From NCBI GenBank assembly GCA_002633005.1, contig NMRA01000081.1:65625-129624 (forward strand): a stretch of DNA of 64,000 nucleotides, given 5' to 3'. This document shows, piece after piece, positions 1 to 14,688 of this stretch (positions are counted from its first letter, which is position 1; every line of letters begins with the position of its first letter). The notes below the pieces were generated by a model. It ran no database searches. It was not told where the DNA came from and was given only the letters and a program-made list of their open reading frames with translations. Both the position numbers and the translations under genes were made by a program. Source of the stretch: Phoronis australis. Taxonomy: Eukaryota; Animalia; Phoronida.

Positions 1-287
1 GCAAAAGAATTTTCCAAGACAATGAATTACAGCTGTAATAGGTTGTGAATATCAATGGAGGACTAATGCCAATCATTATGTGTATCCAGGCAAATACTTG
101 AACGTCCTCCTTCAAATCGTTTAAAAAATATACACTATGTGAAATCATGAACTATTTGTAGTAAGTGACCACAAGACTTATGAAAATTCATGAGTGCTGG
201 GCAAAGAAGGTGTTTCATAATTATCAAACAAATTCAGATGTTTATTTAAATGGTGCACTATATCCAACTGTTGGCGACTGCTCTTAC

Positions 288-3200
288 CGGGCATTGTTAG
301 AAATACAGGCCACCCTCTGCGCAAATCGGCACGTAGATAACGACTCTCCCAAGTTGACAACCTCCAGGGAAATCGTGGCTATCATGGCCGTCAGACAGTT
401 TCCTCCTGCAATTGAAGCCAACGGACTGATGATATTTGTATCAAGTGCAAATATAATATAATATATAATTTGAAAAGTCAGTTAATATAGCTTGTACGAA
501 AATTTGGTCGGACTCAACCACATACGGAAAGTATTTGATTTGAAGTTTAGAACATTAGTCAGAATTACCTTTAGTTATCAAGTTCAACTGACCATTGAAA
601 GAGTAACCATATTTTGGGTTGTCACGTTCTAACTCAGAAAAATGAGATAGAGAGCAACCCAATCAAGTGTTGTTCTCTACTTCACAAAAATTTGAAACGT
701 GAATTCAGTATTAAGAAAACAGCACAAAATTCCAAACTTAAAGTCCGTGCAAACATCCCCCAACAAAAGATCATTGAAAATCTAGCAACAAATACAAAAA
801 AGAATCATCACAGTAACTGTGATTTGGCGTACCTAAGCTATCTCTGAGTACCATAGTCAGAACAGAGTTCCTGTAGGGTATGTGTTTACTGGTGCGTCCG
901 TACCCATCAGAGGTCGCAGGTCGGCGAACAGAGCTAGCAGTCAGGCTGAAGTTGGAGAAACAGGGCTCAGTGCAAGAAATAGCACTCATTGTATTAAAAG
1001 TTACAAATAAAACAACCAGGCATCATTAAATAAAAACATTCCTCAGACAAATACATAACTGCTATTTCAGTATTGGTTACCCAATTTATTATTTAATCAG
1101 TCAATGATGATTTTCATATCACAATACACTGATCGATCTTACTCTTGTTTTGAGGTATGAAAAGTTATATATCCTGATAGCATGCAATCTCTATTTCTAA
1201 AAATTATCCTTTTTCGGATGACACTGCCATGACAAAATGGAAACTTAAGTTTCAGATTAATGCTGCACTAAAAGCGACTCAGGTGTTATATCATTATTCA
1301 GTACATGTTATAGACACTGACTTTGGCACATTAGCAGTTCATGTAGTTTAATGAATTTCTTTAGAAACATTCTCCATTATTTTTATAGGTAATAAATAGA
1401 TAGAAATTTAACAACAAGTTGAAGTCGTTCATATAATAACTTTATAGTTCAATTCCAAAAACAGTTTCTACAGTGCCAACAAAACTTTCCCAACAAAAAT
1501 GCTCATCTCTATAGCAGGAAAAATCTTTAACATTTTCAAAAGTACACACCATGACAACCGTACCATAAACATACAGACCACAATACAGGAAAAACTAGAC
1601 AGCATTAAAACTGACCATAACATTTGCTGAGCCAAGTCCCGAACAAATAGATAGGATCAAGGTATATCCAAGAACAACAGACAAATTTATGCAAACGAGT
1701 ACATGGCATGCATGAATAGTTTGACAGCAGAGCCTCCTGTAGGCAGAATTCACTGATTACACGACAGTGTTGTTGGTTGGTAGCTTCCATACACAGTGTT
1801 CCAAATTCTGCGAACTTTTGCCGATCTTCCAATATATTGTTGGTATGTCTCTTGGTGACCAGCTGTGTATATTTGTTCTCTGGGAGATCGATGAATATAC
1901 CAAAACTTTAAAAGCGTATGTATGAAATATGCCCCCCGTCAAGACTGTCGCATATATAACGAACTTTGCATACACGTGCACACGACCAAAAGAGAAGAAC
2001 GATGTCTGCCCAGCCATAGTGTAGGCCAGCAAGTAACACACACAAGTGCTGGTGTGTGTGTGTTTGTGTGTGACGAGAAGCTGAACAGCTGTTTATGTTA
2101 ATATATTACAAACACCACAGTGATGGGGAGTTACTATGTCACTCAAAAAGCAGAAATACTAAGAATTTGAAATTTATAGTATTATACAGTACAATTTAAA
2201 ATTATGAAGACAAAATATCTCAGAATTCCTCATCTTGATGGCTGAGCGGAAGCCTAAGTCATCGTCATGGTAGTCTTCCCCTTAATTGTAAGGTGACTAA
2301 TTAAGCCATTTTGTAATTAGAATTTTGGTGCCCCAAAAGTTATCACCACTCATTTCTGTTGTTACTGAGCAGACTTGGCCGTCACCACAGGAAACAGTAT
2401 TTATCTGTCACTGTCTTGTACTGCACATGGGTAATTTTGATACTAAAACTAGGTCTTCATCATAATCCCTTGACAATTAAAGAGTTCAATATCTCATTTC
2501 ACAACCAAGAGCAACATTTATGACGGATGGGAAAACCTGAATTCCACATCAAGTGTAGGGTATTTACACTCCCTTATTTCTACAACATCCAGAGCAACAT
2601 GTATTTGACGTTATCTGGGAATCATCCCACAGTGGTACTTTTTCCTGCAAAGGAATATTTTATCATATTTGCAAGATTGCTAGAGGATAGCTGCTGATTT
2701 CAGCAAACCTGATGCCCGTAAATACTTGAAATTCTATCATTTTTCACACATTGCCTGGCGGCCTCAATTGCATGCCAGGAAGTTTCTTTGTTAATTCACA
2801 TTCCCCTCTATTTCAAATTTTTTGTGTGACAAAATCAGAGAGTGGATACTATTTTCCGATGCGGACATGGGTAGTATATGTTTCTCTGCATTTGAGTCTC
2901 AACCTAGCATTTGAAAATCTACAGCAAAGAGTGACATAGCACTTCCACATAATCAAACAGTTAAACTTTAGGCTGCTATAAACCCACATTCCACCACAAA
3001 ACTGACCTCAACTAGTTCCAAACCCACACCAGAGGAGATTTCTGGGCTAGAAAACTGCTCGNATTCTCACCCAGTGAGATTTTCACTCAGTGAGAATTTC
3101 AATAACACAAATTCTCACTAATTTGCATAGCATTCCTACTGAGTGAGAATTTCTGTAAGACAAATTCTCACTGACTGGGAATGCTATGCAAATTAGTTAG

Positions 3201-6200
3201 ATTCTCACTGAATTCTAACTGGAATATCACTGTATTCTCACTAGAGTGAGAATTTTTTCTCACTAATTTAAATGGCATTTTAATTAGTTAGATTCTCACT
3301 GGAATCTAACTGGAATCCAGTGAGATTCTCACTGGTTTTCGGGATTAGAATTTCCTGAAGCTTTTTCATAAGGGGTGTATTTAATGAACTTTGCATACAC
3401 GTGCACACGACCAAAAGAGAAGAACGATGTCTGCCCAGCCATAGTGTAGGCCAGCAAGTACTGAACACACACAAGTGCTGGTGTGTGTGTTTGTGTGTGA
3501 CGAGAAACTGAACAGCTGTTTATGTTAATATAAACACCACAGTGACGGGGAGTTACTATGTCACTCAAAAAGCAGAAATACTAAGAATTTGAAATAATAG
3601 TATTATACAGTACAATTTAAAAGTATTAAGACAAAATAACCCAGAATTCCTCATCTTGATGGCTGAGCGGAAGCCTAAGTCATCGTCATGGTAGTCTTCC
3701 CATTGCAAGGTACCTAATTAAGCCTTTTTTTAATTAGAATATTGGTGCCCGAAAAGTTATCACCACTCATTTCTGCTGTTAGCAGACTTGGCCGTCGCCA
3801 CAGGAAACAGTATTTATCTGTCACTGTCTTGTACTGCACATGGGTAATTTTGATACTAAAAATAGGTCTTCATCATAATCCCTTGACAATTAAAGAGTTC
3901 AATATCTCATTTCACAACCAAGAGCAACACTTATAACGGATGGGAAAACCTGAATTCTAGGTATTTACACTGCTCTCTTATTTCTACAACATCCAGAGCT
4001 ACATGTATTTGACGTTATATGGGAATCATCCCACAGTGGTACTTTTTCCTGTAAAGGAATATTTTATCATATTTGCAAGAGTGCTAGAGGATAGCATTTC
4101 AGCAAACCTGATGCTCGTAAATACTTGAAATTTTATCATTTTTCGCACATTGCCTGGCGGCCTCAATTGCATGCCAGGAAGTTTCTTTGTTAATTCACAT
4201 TCCCCTCTATTTCAAATTTTTTGTGTGACAAAATCAGAGAGTGGATACTATTTTCCGATGCGGACATGGGTAGTATATGCATGTTTCTCTGCATTTGAGT
4301 CTCAACCTAGCATTTGAAAATCTGCAGCAAAGAGTGACATAGCACTTCCACATAATCAAACAGTTAAACTTTAGGCAGCTATAAACCCGCATTCCGCCAC
4401 AAAACTGACCTCAACTAGTTCCAAACCCACACCAGAGGAGATTTCTGGGCTAGAAAACTGCTCGGGCTGACAATTTCTTATTGCTAGAAACCAAAAGAAC
4501 CCGCCATAATAAGCCAACTTTTTGAGCCTGATTTATAAGAGTAAAAGACTGCTAATTCGTCCCCGTTGCTCAACACCCAACCAGTGAGGAACAAGGCGAA
4601 GTCAGGAGCACTTACTGTAAATGGAAGATAAATAAAGATCGCGAGGCACTTGCAGCGAGAAATCTTTGCTCGTGGAACAGTCAATGCGATCCCACAATGC
4701 AACATTCCAGTCTCACCGACTAATCATTCCAATGGCCACCAATATGTTCGTGTGTGGCAGTATGGTCCCGAACTTACTCAATAAAAACCCACTTTTCACT
4801 CGCATTTTTTCCATGGTCTTGTGCGACCTTGCCAAACTCACGAGATAGTTGTCTTAAAAGCAGTTCATTAAACCAAAAGTTCCCATTTTTGACGAAATTC
4901 AGGTTTATGGCAGCTTTAAGCGTGTGTTAGTTGGGGGGTAGGTGATTTCAGTGAGGGATCCATGCAGACACTGGCAACAATACATTACCTTGGCACGGTC
5001 TTACTTCTAAAGACACGAGGGTAGGGAGCGTGTCTAAAATGAGGACAAAGGTCATGCGACATGCCGTTAGTTTGTAGCTGGCGTAACAGAAAGGATGAAA
5101 GCAAATAATAAAATCATAAGCGAGAACATTTGCACAGCACCTTAGGTCAGTAAACAAGGCACTTACAAAACATGAACAGTTTTGTTATCACAAGACTCAT
5201 TTTCTTCCAGTATGAGCCAGGACAACAGCATGATATTGTGATAGTTTTAAAGATACACTTTCCGATTATTTTCAGTTAAAAACTTTGTAAAAGAAATTCG
5301 ACCAATAACAAAATTGAACTTCACTTTTTAAGAATTGCAAGCAAAATGCAAATACTTGCAGCAGGGCTGTAACTTATGAAAGGCTTCTATTCACTTAAGT
5401 GATGTCTGATGATTGACAAAAAACTCTTTCTGTGTTGTGTTCTGATTTAGAGAAGATATGGGAAAGAGTGTCTTACAAAGTTAAGAATACATTCAACAAA
5501 GAACATTCAAATGTTACAACTGACAAATTAATAAATTTTAACATTTAATAAATAATTTAATGAATACTCTTAATAACTTAGAGCAAGCCCAACCCAAACC
5601 TCAAAGCCTTAATCAAAATGAGAGCTTTCCATGATCAGAAATATCTGACAATCAGAGAGAGACCCAGCACGAAGCTTTATGGAGTGTCATGAGACCCTGG
5701 TTTTCAGCGAAAATGGAAAATAGACGAAATTCACAAATTTTAAATCAGACTTCTTTCACAGAATTACAAGTTTTTGTCGGAATTCACATATTTTAGGAAT
5801 AGATACCAGAATTGTAATATTTATTGTAATTTATAGTTGCTTATAAACCATCAAATACCAAACACCAATTCTGGTTAAAACTCGATCAACGGTTGTTTTG
5901 CAGCAGACATGTTCAAGTCGTGTATTCTTTCTAATAGTGGCGCTGTTCCTCAACTTTGAGAAACAAGCGACAACGACAGGCTGCGACTTATCAGTAAAAC
6001 AGAGCTGCAACACGAATGCAGCAGAGAGAGTAAAGTAATTCTGAGAACATTTCTATGTACTTTAAAGTAGTAACAGGAAAAAATCTGGTTTGCTAAAACT
6101 GATTTCTCAGTTCCAAAAGCTAAAACCAGGGTCTTCCGATCACCATGCAGAAAATATTTTCCATAAAGAGTAATGTTATGCGGTATGTGCCTCCACTCAT

Positions 6201-9200
6201 CCTACCGTAGGGATTGTAGTTTGAGGTCACTTTCAAACTAAAAAGGGCAATGGTTAATCTATTTTAGACCAGTTGTTGACAGAAACAGTCTGCAGAAATC
6301 TACGATCAAGTGATTACAAATAAACTAAATGTCAAATCTAAACAAGGAACGTTAGAAACTAATCATTTAATGGGTTACAACAAAATGAGTGCATCTTTGT
6401 TTTACCAAATTGAAAACAACATTCACAGGAAAAGTGTATAACAATATTATAAGGTAAAATACTAAGTGTTGCTAACATATTATATCATTTCAATCATGAC
6501 GGTTTTTCATTCGCCATGGAATGGTGCTTCAGTGACAACAAAATTGATTCTCACAGCACACTTGTGGAAATACATAATGAGACATTGGGTGACTCTGTTG
6601 GTAACTTATATTAGAACAATATGAAGGAAAGTATAAACACACTGCGTTTGCTGAATGCCAAATAAGCATGGACGAATAAAATTCTTAGTAGTGAGACATA
6701 ACTATTTACAATAAAAAAGACAATTTCAAACAGTTTCTAAAAATACCCTCCCCCCTTATCCGACAATACAGCATTTATTTAGTTTCATTTGACGTTTTTG
6801 AAGGGTTTTCCAAATATCCGCCCACAGGCCTATTTTTGGGAAATTCTCAGTAACTGATGATACATCAGCTGTCCTCCTATGGTGTTGGGGTAATTGAAAT
6901 GGGCATTTCAGAGAAGATTTATCAGAGTTTCGGCACACAATTTCACCAACATCAGAGGCTGTTATGTTATCGAAGACATCCTACCTTCTCTTCCCAGAAC
7001 CTACTCCGGCACTCGGGGTGCGTGCATGACCTTTGCCCTGTGACTCCTGATGAAGGGCTATGATGACACTTTCCAGATAGTGCAAGGACAGGTTGATGTA
7101 CTTGGCCTCAGTCAGCTGTACACCGCCCACCTTAGTCTTACCAACTCTCTCAGAGCCAGCTAGATCAACAAGGTGAAGTTTGGAGCTGGAAACATTGAAC
7201 AGAATAGCAGCATTACAATATAGTGTACTTTTTGGCACAACTGGTTTGTCATTATACATTCAAGCTGTACTTTGATTGTTTTTCACAAATAACAGGGTTA
7301 CACGTCAGGTATGAATCTGGATGGGGGTCCAGGAGGACTACATAATACTATGTCAGCTACTGCAAGTATATCAAATACATGACTTGGATAAAACATTTAT
7401 TAATTCGTAAATAGCAATTAGCAAAATAATTGTAGGAACACTGAAAGCCTTTGGCCTCTTTTTGCAGGCCGCAATGCAACAAAACTGATCAGTTGCATTC
7501 AATAACAAGTACAAGCAAATATCTTTAATGTCACAATGTACACATTCAGAAATGCAGTGCCAAATCGCAGCACATAACTCACTGAGTAATAACATCTGAG
7601 CCGGATTTCTTGGACTTGAGTTCAATAGTGAACACAGCATGGGATCGTGATGACCGCTGATTCATTGGTGTCTCGGCAACTTTCCGATTCGCTTGTCCTT
7701 GCAGCAGCAGACTCTGAGCAACGTCTTCATTGGCCGCAAGGTGAGTGGAGAGATTACGAATTACACACGAGCCTTTAGTACCTTCCAATACATGTACCTG
7801 TGAGTGCATCATTAAACAATTAACAAATTATTTGCATTTTGTATAGACAAACCAATTGTTTACATACAGTTAACAAATAACCATTTTAGCTGGTATAAAT
7901 TCGCCCTCCATCAAGCAATGACAAATTTCTGATTGAACTGGTGTAAAACCAATCTCAATTTAATCCTTATTCAGATGAGACGCACTTTGCGAGCTTAATA
8001 TACCTCACACGTCATTGTTGCAGGAGATCAAGCTCAGTACATATTAAAAAGATTCGCCTTTTCAAGCCAACTTCCTCAGTAGGGTCTCAAACAATAACTT
8101 GAAATCACCTGTAACCAGTGTCAAGAACGGGTTGAGACAAATTTAATAACATTGGAGCCCCAATAGGACTAAACCCACGCATGATTTTGACAGAACATAG
8201 ATATGCAGCAGCTTCACTCAGAACAGACACAACAAATGAGTCACTGGAAGCTTACTGGTAAAACAGAGAATTACGATTTACATTCCTGATGACTATGGAA
8301 ACAAAAATAACAGGATATACCAGGTATATAGGATAAGATTTTAAAACGTAAACTAAATTTAAGGATGTTTCTCTACATGCAACTGACGTTGAAAAGTGGT
8401 AAAAAATCTTGTACGGACCTACAGTCACATATTTAATAAACGTCTTAGAGGTCCGAGGGTACGGCAAGATGAGGTTGCAGCGATACTATGTCCACACAAC
8501 CAACTTGAATTTACAAGGCATGTCCATATTGAACAGTTGCATTTCTTATATCGCTGGGAATACTTGGCTCATAGAAACAGATGGTTAAACAAAGAGAGGA
8601 AGCCATACCATGACACTGATAAACAGATAAAGATCAAAATGTAACATGAACTGGTATAGCCAGAAGTATTCAACACGGGGAATTGAAAAGAGTGACATAT
8701 TGGGGACACATTGCAATGACCGGGTCAGGGGGATAAATGCAAAACTGAAATGAGTTTACACTTTTTTGCAATTAACAGAGTGCCATAACCCCATTGTGCT
8801 CCCATTTGGCTACGCCACTGGATACACGACAATAGTGAAGTCCTAACGAGCAAAAACAGAAGATGCCTTCATGCCAGAGAATGCATTTAACTATTAACCA
8901 CCTTCGGAAATGGAGTGACAAGCGATTGTGTCCTTGTAGCAGCCGGATTGAGAAGATCGTAGGCAGTTTCCTGGTAGATTTCAAGGTATGAGACGTGTAT
9001 GCTGTTATCTTCATCCTCAGGACGACTTTCTAGCTCTTTGTAAATCATGCTCAGAGCTCTGGAATTAAGTCAAAGCAATCAAAATAGCAAGTCAACAGGT
9101 TTCTAGGTAAAAAATTCACAACTGTTACAAGACAAATTGAGTTTCGCATTCGACGTTAAATTATTAAAAGCGGACATCATGAAAACCAGTCGGATGATAT

Positions 9201-10324
9201 TGTAAATTGTTGTTTTCAGTTCCTTTGAAATTAATTAGAACAACAGTCTATTTAAGGTCATATAGGACTAACTTTGGTACATGATAGCTCAGAAATAGCA
9301 GATTGTATTCAAATGAAACTTTCAGATACTATCACGTACTTTGCAGACAGTACTCCACATAAGTAATTGTTTTTAAAATGATCCACTTTTTTACAACAGG
9401 GGCTATCAAAAATGAAACTTTTATGATTTCTGTGAAAAAAGTTGCATGAAACAGAAATGAATTGATGTTGAGAAATTAAAATGTTTTTTGTTTTTTGAAA
9501 TTTTATCTTGTACAGATTGGTGTGAAGTCCAAAATCAAATTCTGGAGGTTTTCTACTTTAAGAAAATACTTTGAGTTAAATTTCAAAGCTTTGTAGATAC
9601 ATGGTTGCATGCACAAATTTGCCAATTATAAGTCCACCTTTCAGATAGTTTCTAAATTACCTGGGTGCCAGTCCTCTGTCTTTGTAGCGTCTGGCACTTC
9701 CCTCCACAGTGAACGTCTTACCAGTGCCCGTCTGGCCATAGGCAAATATAGTACCATTGTAACCAGTGAGAAAATCTGGAAAAAATGATAGTGTATACAG
9801 CTTAGGGACACATGGAGTTATATACACTGAAACTAGGATAATCGGGATTGTAAATTAGACCAATATCCTTCTCACACAATAAGAAAATAAAGCAAACACT
9901 CAGTGATGGTTGGTCACTGTTAGTGGTTTGTAGATGCTGTTTATGTTATAATACCACCTCTTCATGAGATGGAAAAATCATGAGGGACAAACCATTACTG
10001 GAGAGGGGTGGCAGCTAGGTCATTCAATATAGTAAGACTAAGGGTTCTCTTCTGGATGGAAATGTGGAAATTAACAAGTGTCGTTTTCTTACGATTTACA
10101 ATGTCCTTGGAAACCACTTCAAAGACTTCCTCTTGGCTGGCGTTATCCCGGAAGACATGGGCAAAGGTGAACTTGTGGCTCACACCGTTTTCTGGCTGTT
10201 TGAATGCACTGGCCTCCCTATAGGAGTCGCTAGTGCGGATGAACAACGATGTGTCGCTCGTATCATAATTCTCGTACTGCCGACTGGATGGTTTGATACG
10301 GCAGAATGTTTGAATAGTTGCCAT
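288..10324 (-). CDS. KIF6: KIF6-like kinesin (kinesin-9 family), motor-domain exons; gene continues beyond the left edge
   Basis: Exons 10324-10093, 9775-9661, 9058-8902, 7797-7583, 7185-6985, 945-833 and 405-288, all GT-AG and in phase. They encode P-loop [16 protein letters not shown], switch I NQRSSRSH, switch [31 protein letters not shown] and [29 protein letters not shown], which resemble KIF6. Orthologue versus paralogue is unresolved. Confidence 0.9.
1961..4464. repeat. ~1.1-kb direct near-duplication (1961-3061 and 3386-4464)
   Basis: Both copies run from gaactttgcatacacgtgc to ctagaaaactgctcg with scattered substitutions and small indels. Copy 1 ends at the N at 3062. Confidence 0.95.
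3063..3385. repeat. Array of ATTCTCACT/AGTGAGAAT motifs in both orientations with a nested hairpin; probable DNA-transposon fragment
   Basis: Many copies of the motif in alternating orientation. A 19-bp perfect inverted repeat ctaatttgcatagcattcc / ggaatgctatgcaaattag lies at about 3118-3196. Confidence 0.7.
5692..6134. mobile_element. Possible MITE with short terminal inverted repeats
   Basis: agaccctggtttt at 5692 and its reverse complement aaaaccagggtct at 6122-6134. No clear target-site duplication. Confidence 0.4.
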
Positions 10325-10433
10325 GTCTTACTCCATGTTGTGACCTAAAAAGATAACATTATTGTTCATTACAATGTGATGCTTTACTACATAATGTACA
10401 AGTTGCACTTACAAAATACACTACAACCCATCA

Positions 10434-10679
10434 CCTGCAGACAGCCCATACCATACCCTTTGTGTTTCCAATGCAATAAACCTAATCTCGCAGAAATAAT
10501 TACAGATGCACTATACTTTCTAACAAAGATTTAGGCATGCTCAATCAACTGGGGCNCCTGCAGACAGCGCATTACCATACCCTTTGTGTTTCCAATGCAA
10601 TAAACCTAATCTCGCAGAAATAATTACAGATGCACTATACTTTCTAACAAAGATTTAGGCATGCTCAATCAACTGGGGC
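10434..10679. repeat. ~122-bp tandem duplication around N10556; the unit belongs to a dispersed repeat family
   Basis: 10434-10555 is repeated at 10557-10679. A related diverged copy (cgcattaccatacgctttgtgtttccaatg...) occurs at about 32168-32272. Confidence 0.9.
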
Positions 10680-13600
10680 ATGTGTCTTTGTGAATAAGGC
10701 AGCAATGTCTGTCAGTGCTATTCTCATGCAATAGCTATGACATATCTTGATGAACGAGTGCAACCAACGCCTGATCGGCATTAAAATTATCCTTTTAATC
10801 TTTCTAATTTAAAAAGTAAGTGACGTTACACACCAATTTTGGTTGACATGAATAACCTGGTGACAGATAATCGTCAGTTTAATATCAGTCTGATGATTAT
10901 TCATTACAGCATTATTCATGGATATCCTCTTTTGATCATTATAATTACTCAGTGTAATAAATCGTATAAATTATGTTTGATGACAAATTACTGGGCAATA
11001 AAATTATATCAACTGTTAATACGAATTCTTGTCAATAATTTACATCATGCGAATTAACAGATAAAATATTTTAGTCACGATAAATCACGATCAACCATAA
11101 TTCCCCGTGTAACTATCCTGGCAACTTTACAACATCTTTCCCATTTTTGGAGATTGTTCCTTAAAACTCTCCAGACTCAATTCAAACTTCATCAAACTCA
11201 GTGCAATGATTCTTCTCTAATGTCTTCCACAACCTTAAACCGACATGTTTTCCTACACCTGTCATGACTGGAAGAGTTTGATAGAATGGAACATGTATAG
11301 CAGCAGGTGGTGTTCAAATGCTCCGTGTTTCTGCCATTTTTATTTGGTTAAAATCATGTTTTAAGCTTAGAAGGGTTCACACACTGGTTGATACGTAGTT
11401 CATGTGGCATACGTACTGGGACAAGTGCCTTTTTCCCATTCAATTTCCTTCAAAGGTTCATTTTTTAACAGAACTAGAGCTGCATGTAAATGACCCCCAC
11501 TTTTGCAACAGAACTGTCCAAAAAGGACTTGTGTATTCTTGACATTCAGTGTAGAGGTCAAAAGAACACAACCCAAAGGTCATAGTTCACAAAACCCCTA
11601 CACAAGGAATGTATGGGATAAACCTCAACCTGAGGGTAACTTTTTCATAGAAGCTCCCGATAAATGGGTCCCCTTTTCTTATCCTAAATAGAAGGGTATG
11701 ATCTAGCTGACTCTATATAAGGGCATCTTTCCTAATTTCTCACTGGAACAACCTGGCGGAAACTTTAATCAAGTACCCAACCTCCCCAAACCACCTTACC
11801 TAAAATCCATCTGTGACAGGTCTAGAACTAACATGGTAATAAAATGTATTACTTGAATAATAGTCTTACTGGTCTCTGTGAACTAATACACCTAATTCTC
11901 TACAATCCCACCAGAAAGCACAAAAACTAAAACACCGTGAAACTCCCTTGTACTCACTGCTCATTTCCCCATATTGAAGGTTTTAATATCACAGATAGCT
12001 TTTGGGAGAAAAGGCAATTTAATATAATTGAATATTGCCAAATACTTTAATTCATCCCTATTGACAACAGAGCAGTAAATCCCTTCAGGAAACTTTAAAG
12101 TAATCTGCATCTGGATACATTCCAACCAGCTGAAAGGCAGACAGCTATAGCCAGACAAACAGTCAACAATCTAAGTATAGCATTTCACAATGCACAACTT
12201 AGGAATCTAAGGCCACTGTTTACTTTGCAGATCCAACCATTTAGTATTTACATTCAAGATCAGATCAGTGTAAATACTTTTATGAGCTTTCTCATTGTTG
12301 CAGATTCATGGCAGTTGAATATTAAATACACCTGAGGGAAATATGAGTACCAGGGCTGCAGGCGATTTGAGTGCATGGGCAACACTCCAAGAGTAGAGTT
12401 TTGATCACCATAAAATTCAAAACTCGACTAAATAACTTGCATGAATTTCACAATCGGGCTGGTGAAAAACATTACCACATGATTTTAGAAAGATAGATTA
12501 AATAAGTTGAAACGTCGGCCTTTACAACGCATGAAATGGGACGATTACATAAATCTAAAATCGCAACACTAATTTCTCTGTAATTTAAGTAGATCCATAA
12601 ATTAAATGCGGTAGTTCTCCACTTCTTTCACATGAAAATGTTTTCCAAAATGGTCATTATCCATTTTTGCAAAGTCAGATTATCTATTTGCAAATTATGG
12701 ACTTTCTGCAAATGATGTTTTATGACACGTACACGCTATTATCCATGCTTGTACTATACTAAATCTCTTTAATCTTTATTTTTGTGGAGAAACTTAACAA
12801 AATAGAATTTCACTTGTCAGTCATATTGTGTGCGAAGAGTTCCCATAACCACATTACCCTACCACAGGTGAGGTAACATTGTGACTTCGACTTCTCAAAG
12901 GTATTGCAATTTACATCATAATAGTTGCGTAATGTCAACGAATGTCTTTTTTCATAAATGCAGAGTACTTACTTACAGAAATAACAAATAGAAAGGCTCT
13001 ATGTAACCAAAAACATTACAAATTGGATAGCTTCAGTCTGAACGGGACCCACCACTAATCGCTTGTTTGTTAATGCACCAGAGAGTACAATGATCGATAA
13101 AATCAATAACTGAAGCAAACAAATCATTGACAAATAAGCACCTGATATTGACAAAATTCTCCACCTTTTTAGAGTCATGTTATTGAACTGACTAGGAATG
13201 CTAAGGTGTCTTTCATTGACTAGGTGTGGCCTGTTTTGGCTTATACTAGAGCAATTCGTGATTAGCCTAGTTAAAGCCGTGCTCTAATGATGGTAAACTC
13301 TGATTTCGGCCAAAAATAAATTTGTCACAATAGACAAATTTTCTATAGGCTGATAACAATGGAGAACTTATCCCAATGTTGATAAAAAATCTTCCCATGA
13401 CAAATAATCTAAACAAGGGATTTAAAATATTTAATCGTGTTTTTTGTTGAAATATTTTTTTAAAAAATCAAATTTGATCGGTCCACAACATTGTGTGCAG
13501 AATAAGTGAACAACAGGACAGTCCAAGACAGAAATATTTTTGTCCTGAAGGTAGGATAACATGTTGTTATAACGTCCTCATTTCCAAAATGTCCAGTTAC

Positions 13601-14688
13601 ATGTTCTAAGAATCATGTCGGAAAATATCGCATCCAGACACTTCTTAAGTTTGCTGACAACTAGGTCATTTCTCAACTAATTTTAGTCAGTCGTTTCCTA
13701 TAACTCTTCCAAACTTCTTCAGGTTAAAACTAATGGAAACGCTATTGTACATTTGCAAGTTAGCTGAGAAAATTAATTCTGGCTGCTGCTTTTTTATCTC
13801 TTGAAGCTTAAGTCTGAAACATTCCTTTTTCAATACCAAAAATACATTTTTATCCAACACGCCTAAAAGCAAAATGTAACAACTGTACAACATGCATCAT
13901 ATGTTGTATTATAAACACCGACATTTTGTAAGTTGTGATTCAGTCATTCACAGCCAAACTAGACTTGAGACTTGTGAAATTTGACTCTAGATTAGCACCA
14001 TGCATAGCAAATAGTAGCAGAGAACTCCAATATCTCCTATTCTAGCTCATGACTGGTCACAGAATTCATCGAATAACTTAGCAATGAAGGTTGGCCTTCC
14101 ATATATGGGCACTTGGCCCTCACCACAATAATTCTCCTTTGCTTTTTAAAAAGTGAATCAAAATTCTATGTTGATACCCCTTGGCAATTATGTGATTTGT
14201 TAGCTAATGTAGTGCAGTATCACGCTATAGTCAAATCACATGACTTTCTAAATAAGAAATTGTCAATACAGTCAGGAACTTGATTGCATTTGCGGCTTGC
14301 ATGCTGGAAGCTAGACCAAGGCTAACTTGACTTCAGGCAGCACAAAAGCAAAGTAGGCCTGCTAAAGGCGAAGCTGCAAAGGGTAGAATGAGCAAGAACT
14401 ACGAAGCCTTACACTACAGTGTGTGCCAAACAGTTTCACAGAAAACGACATAAAACAGCAGGTGGACCCAAAAACCAATTTTATAAAGCAGCGAGGCAAA
14501 TGATAATCCAAGGCAGAAGGCAAAACAGAGGCAGAGCTCTCTCTCGGAGTCGGAATCTCGGATTCGGCCACTCACCACACTGCGAATGCGATGCCTATTT
14601 ATTGCATGTGAGCTGACGTAAATGGTCATTTGACGATTCTTTTCTCAGTTCAAGATAGAGTGGGGAAATTTTTCAAACAAAACCTTAC

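Noticed and set aside
6180-6240. Possible extra kinesin exon in the 6-kb intron
   Set aside because: No clear donor, and the flanking exons already join in phase.
8280-8320. CTGATGA-ctatg-GAAAC hammerhead-like core
   Set aside because: No stem III, cleavage triplet or stem I complementarity can be formed.
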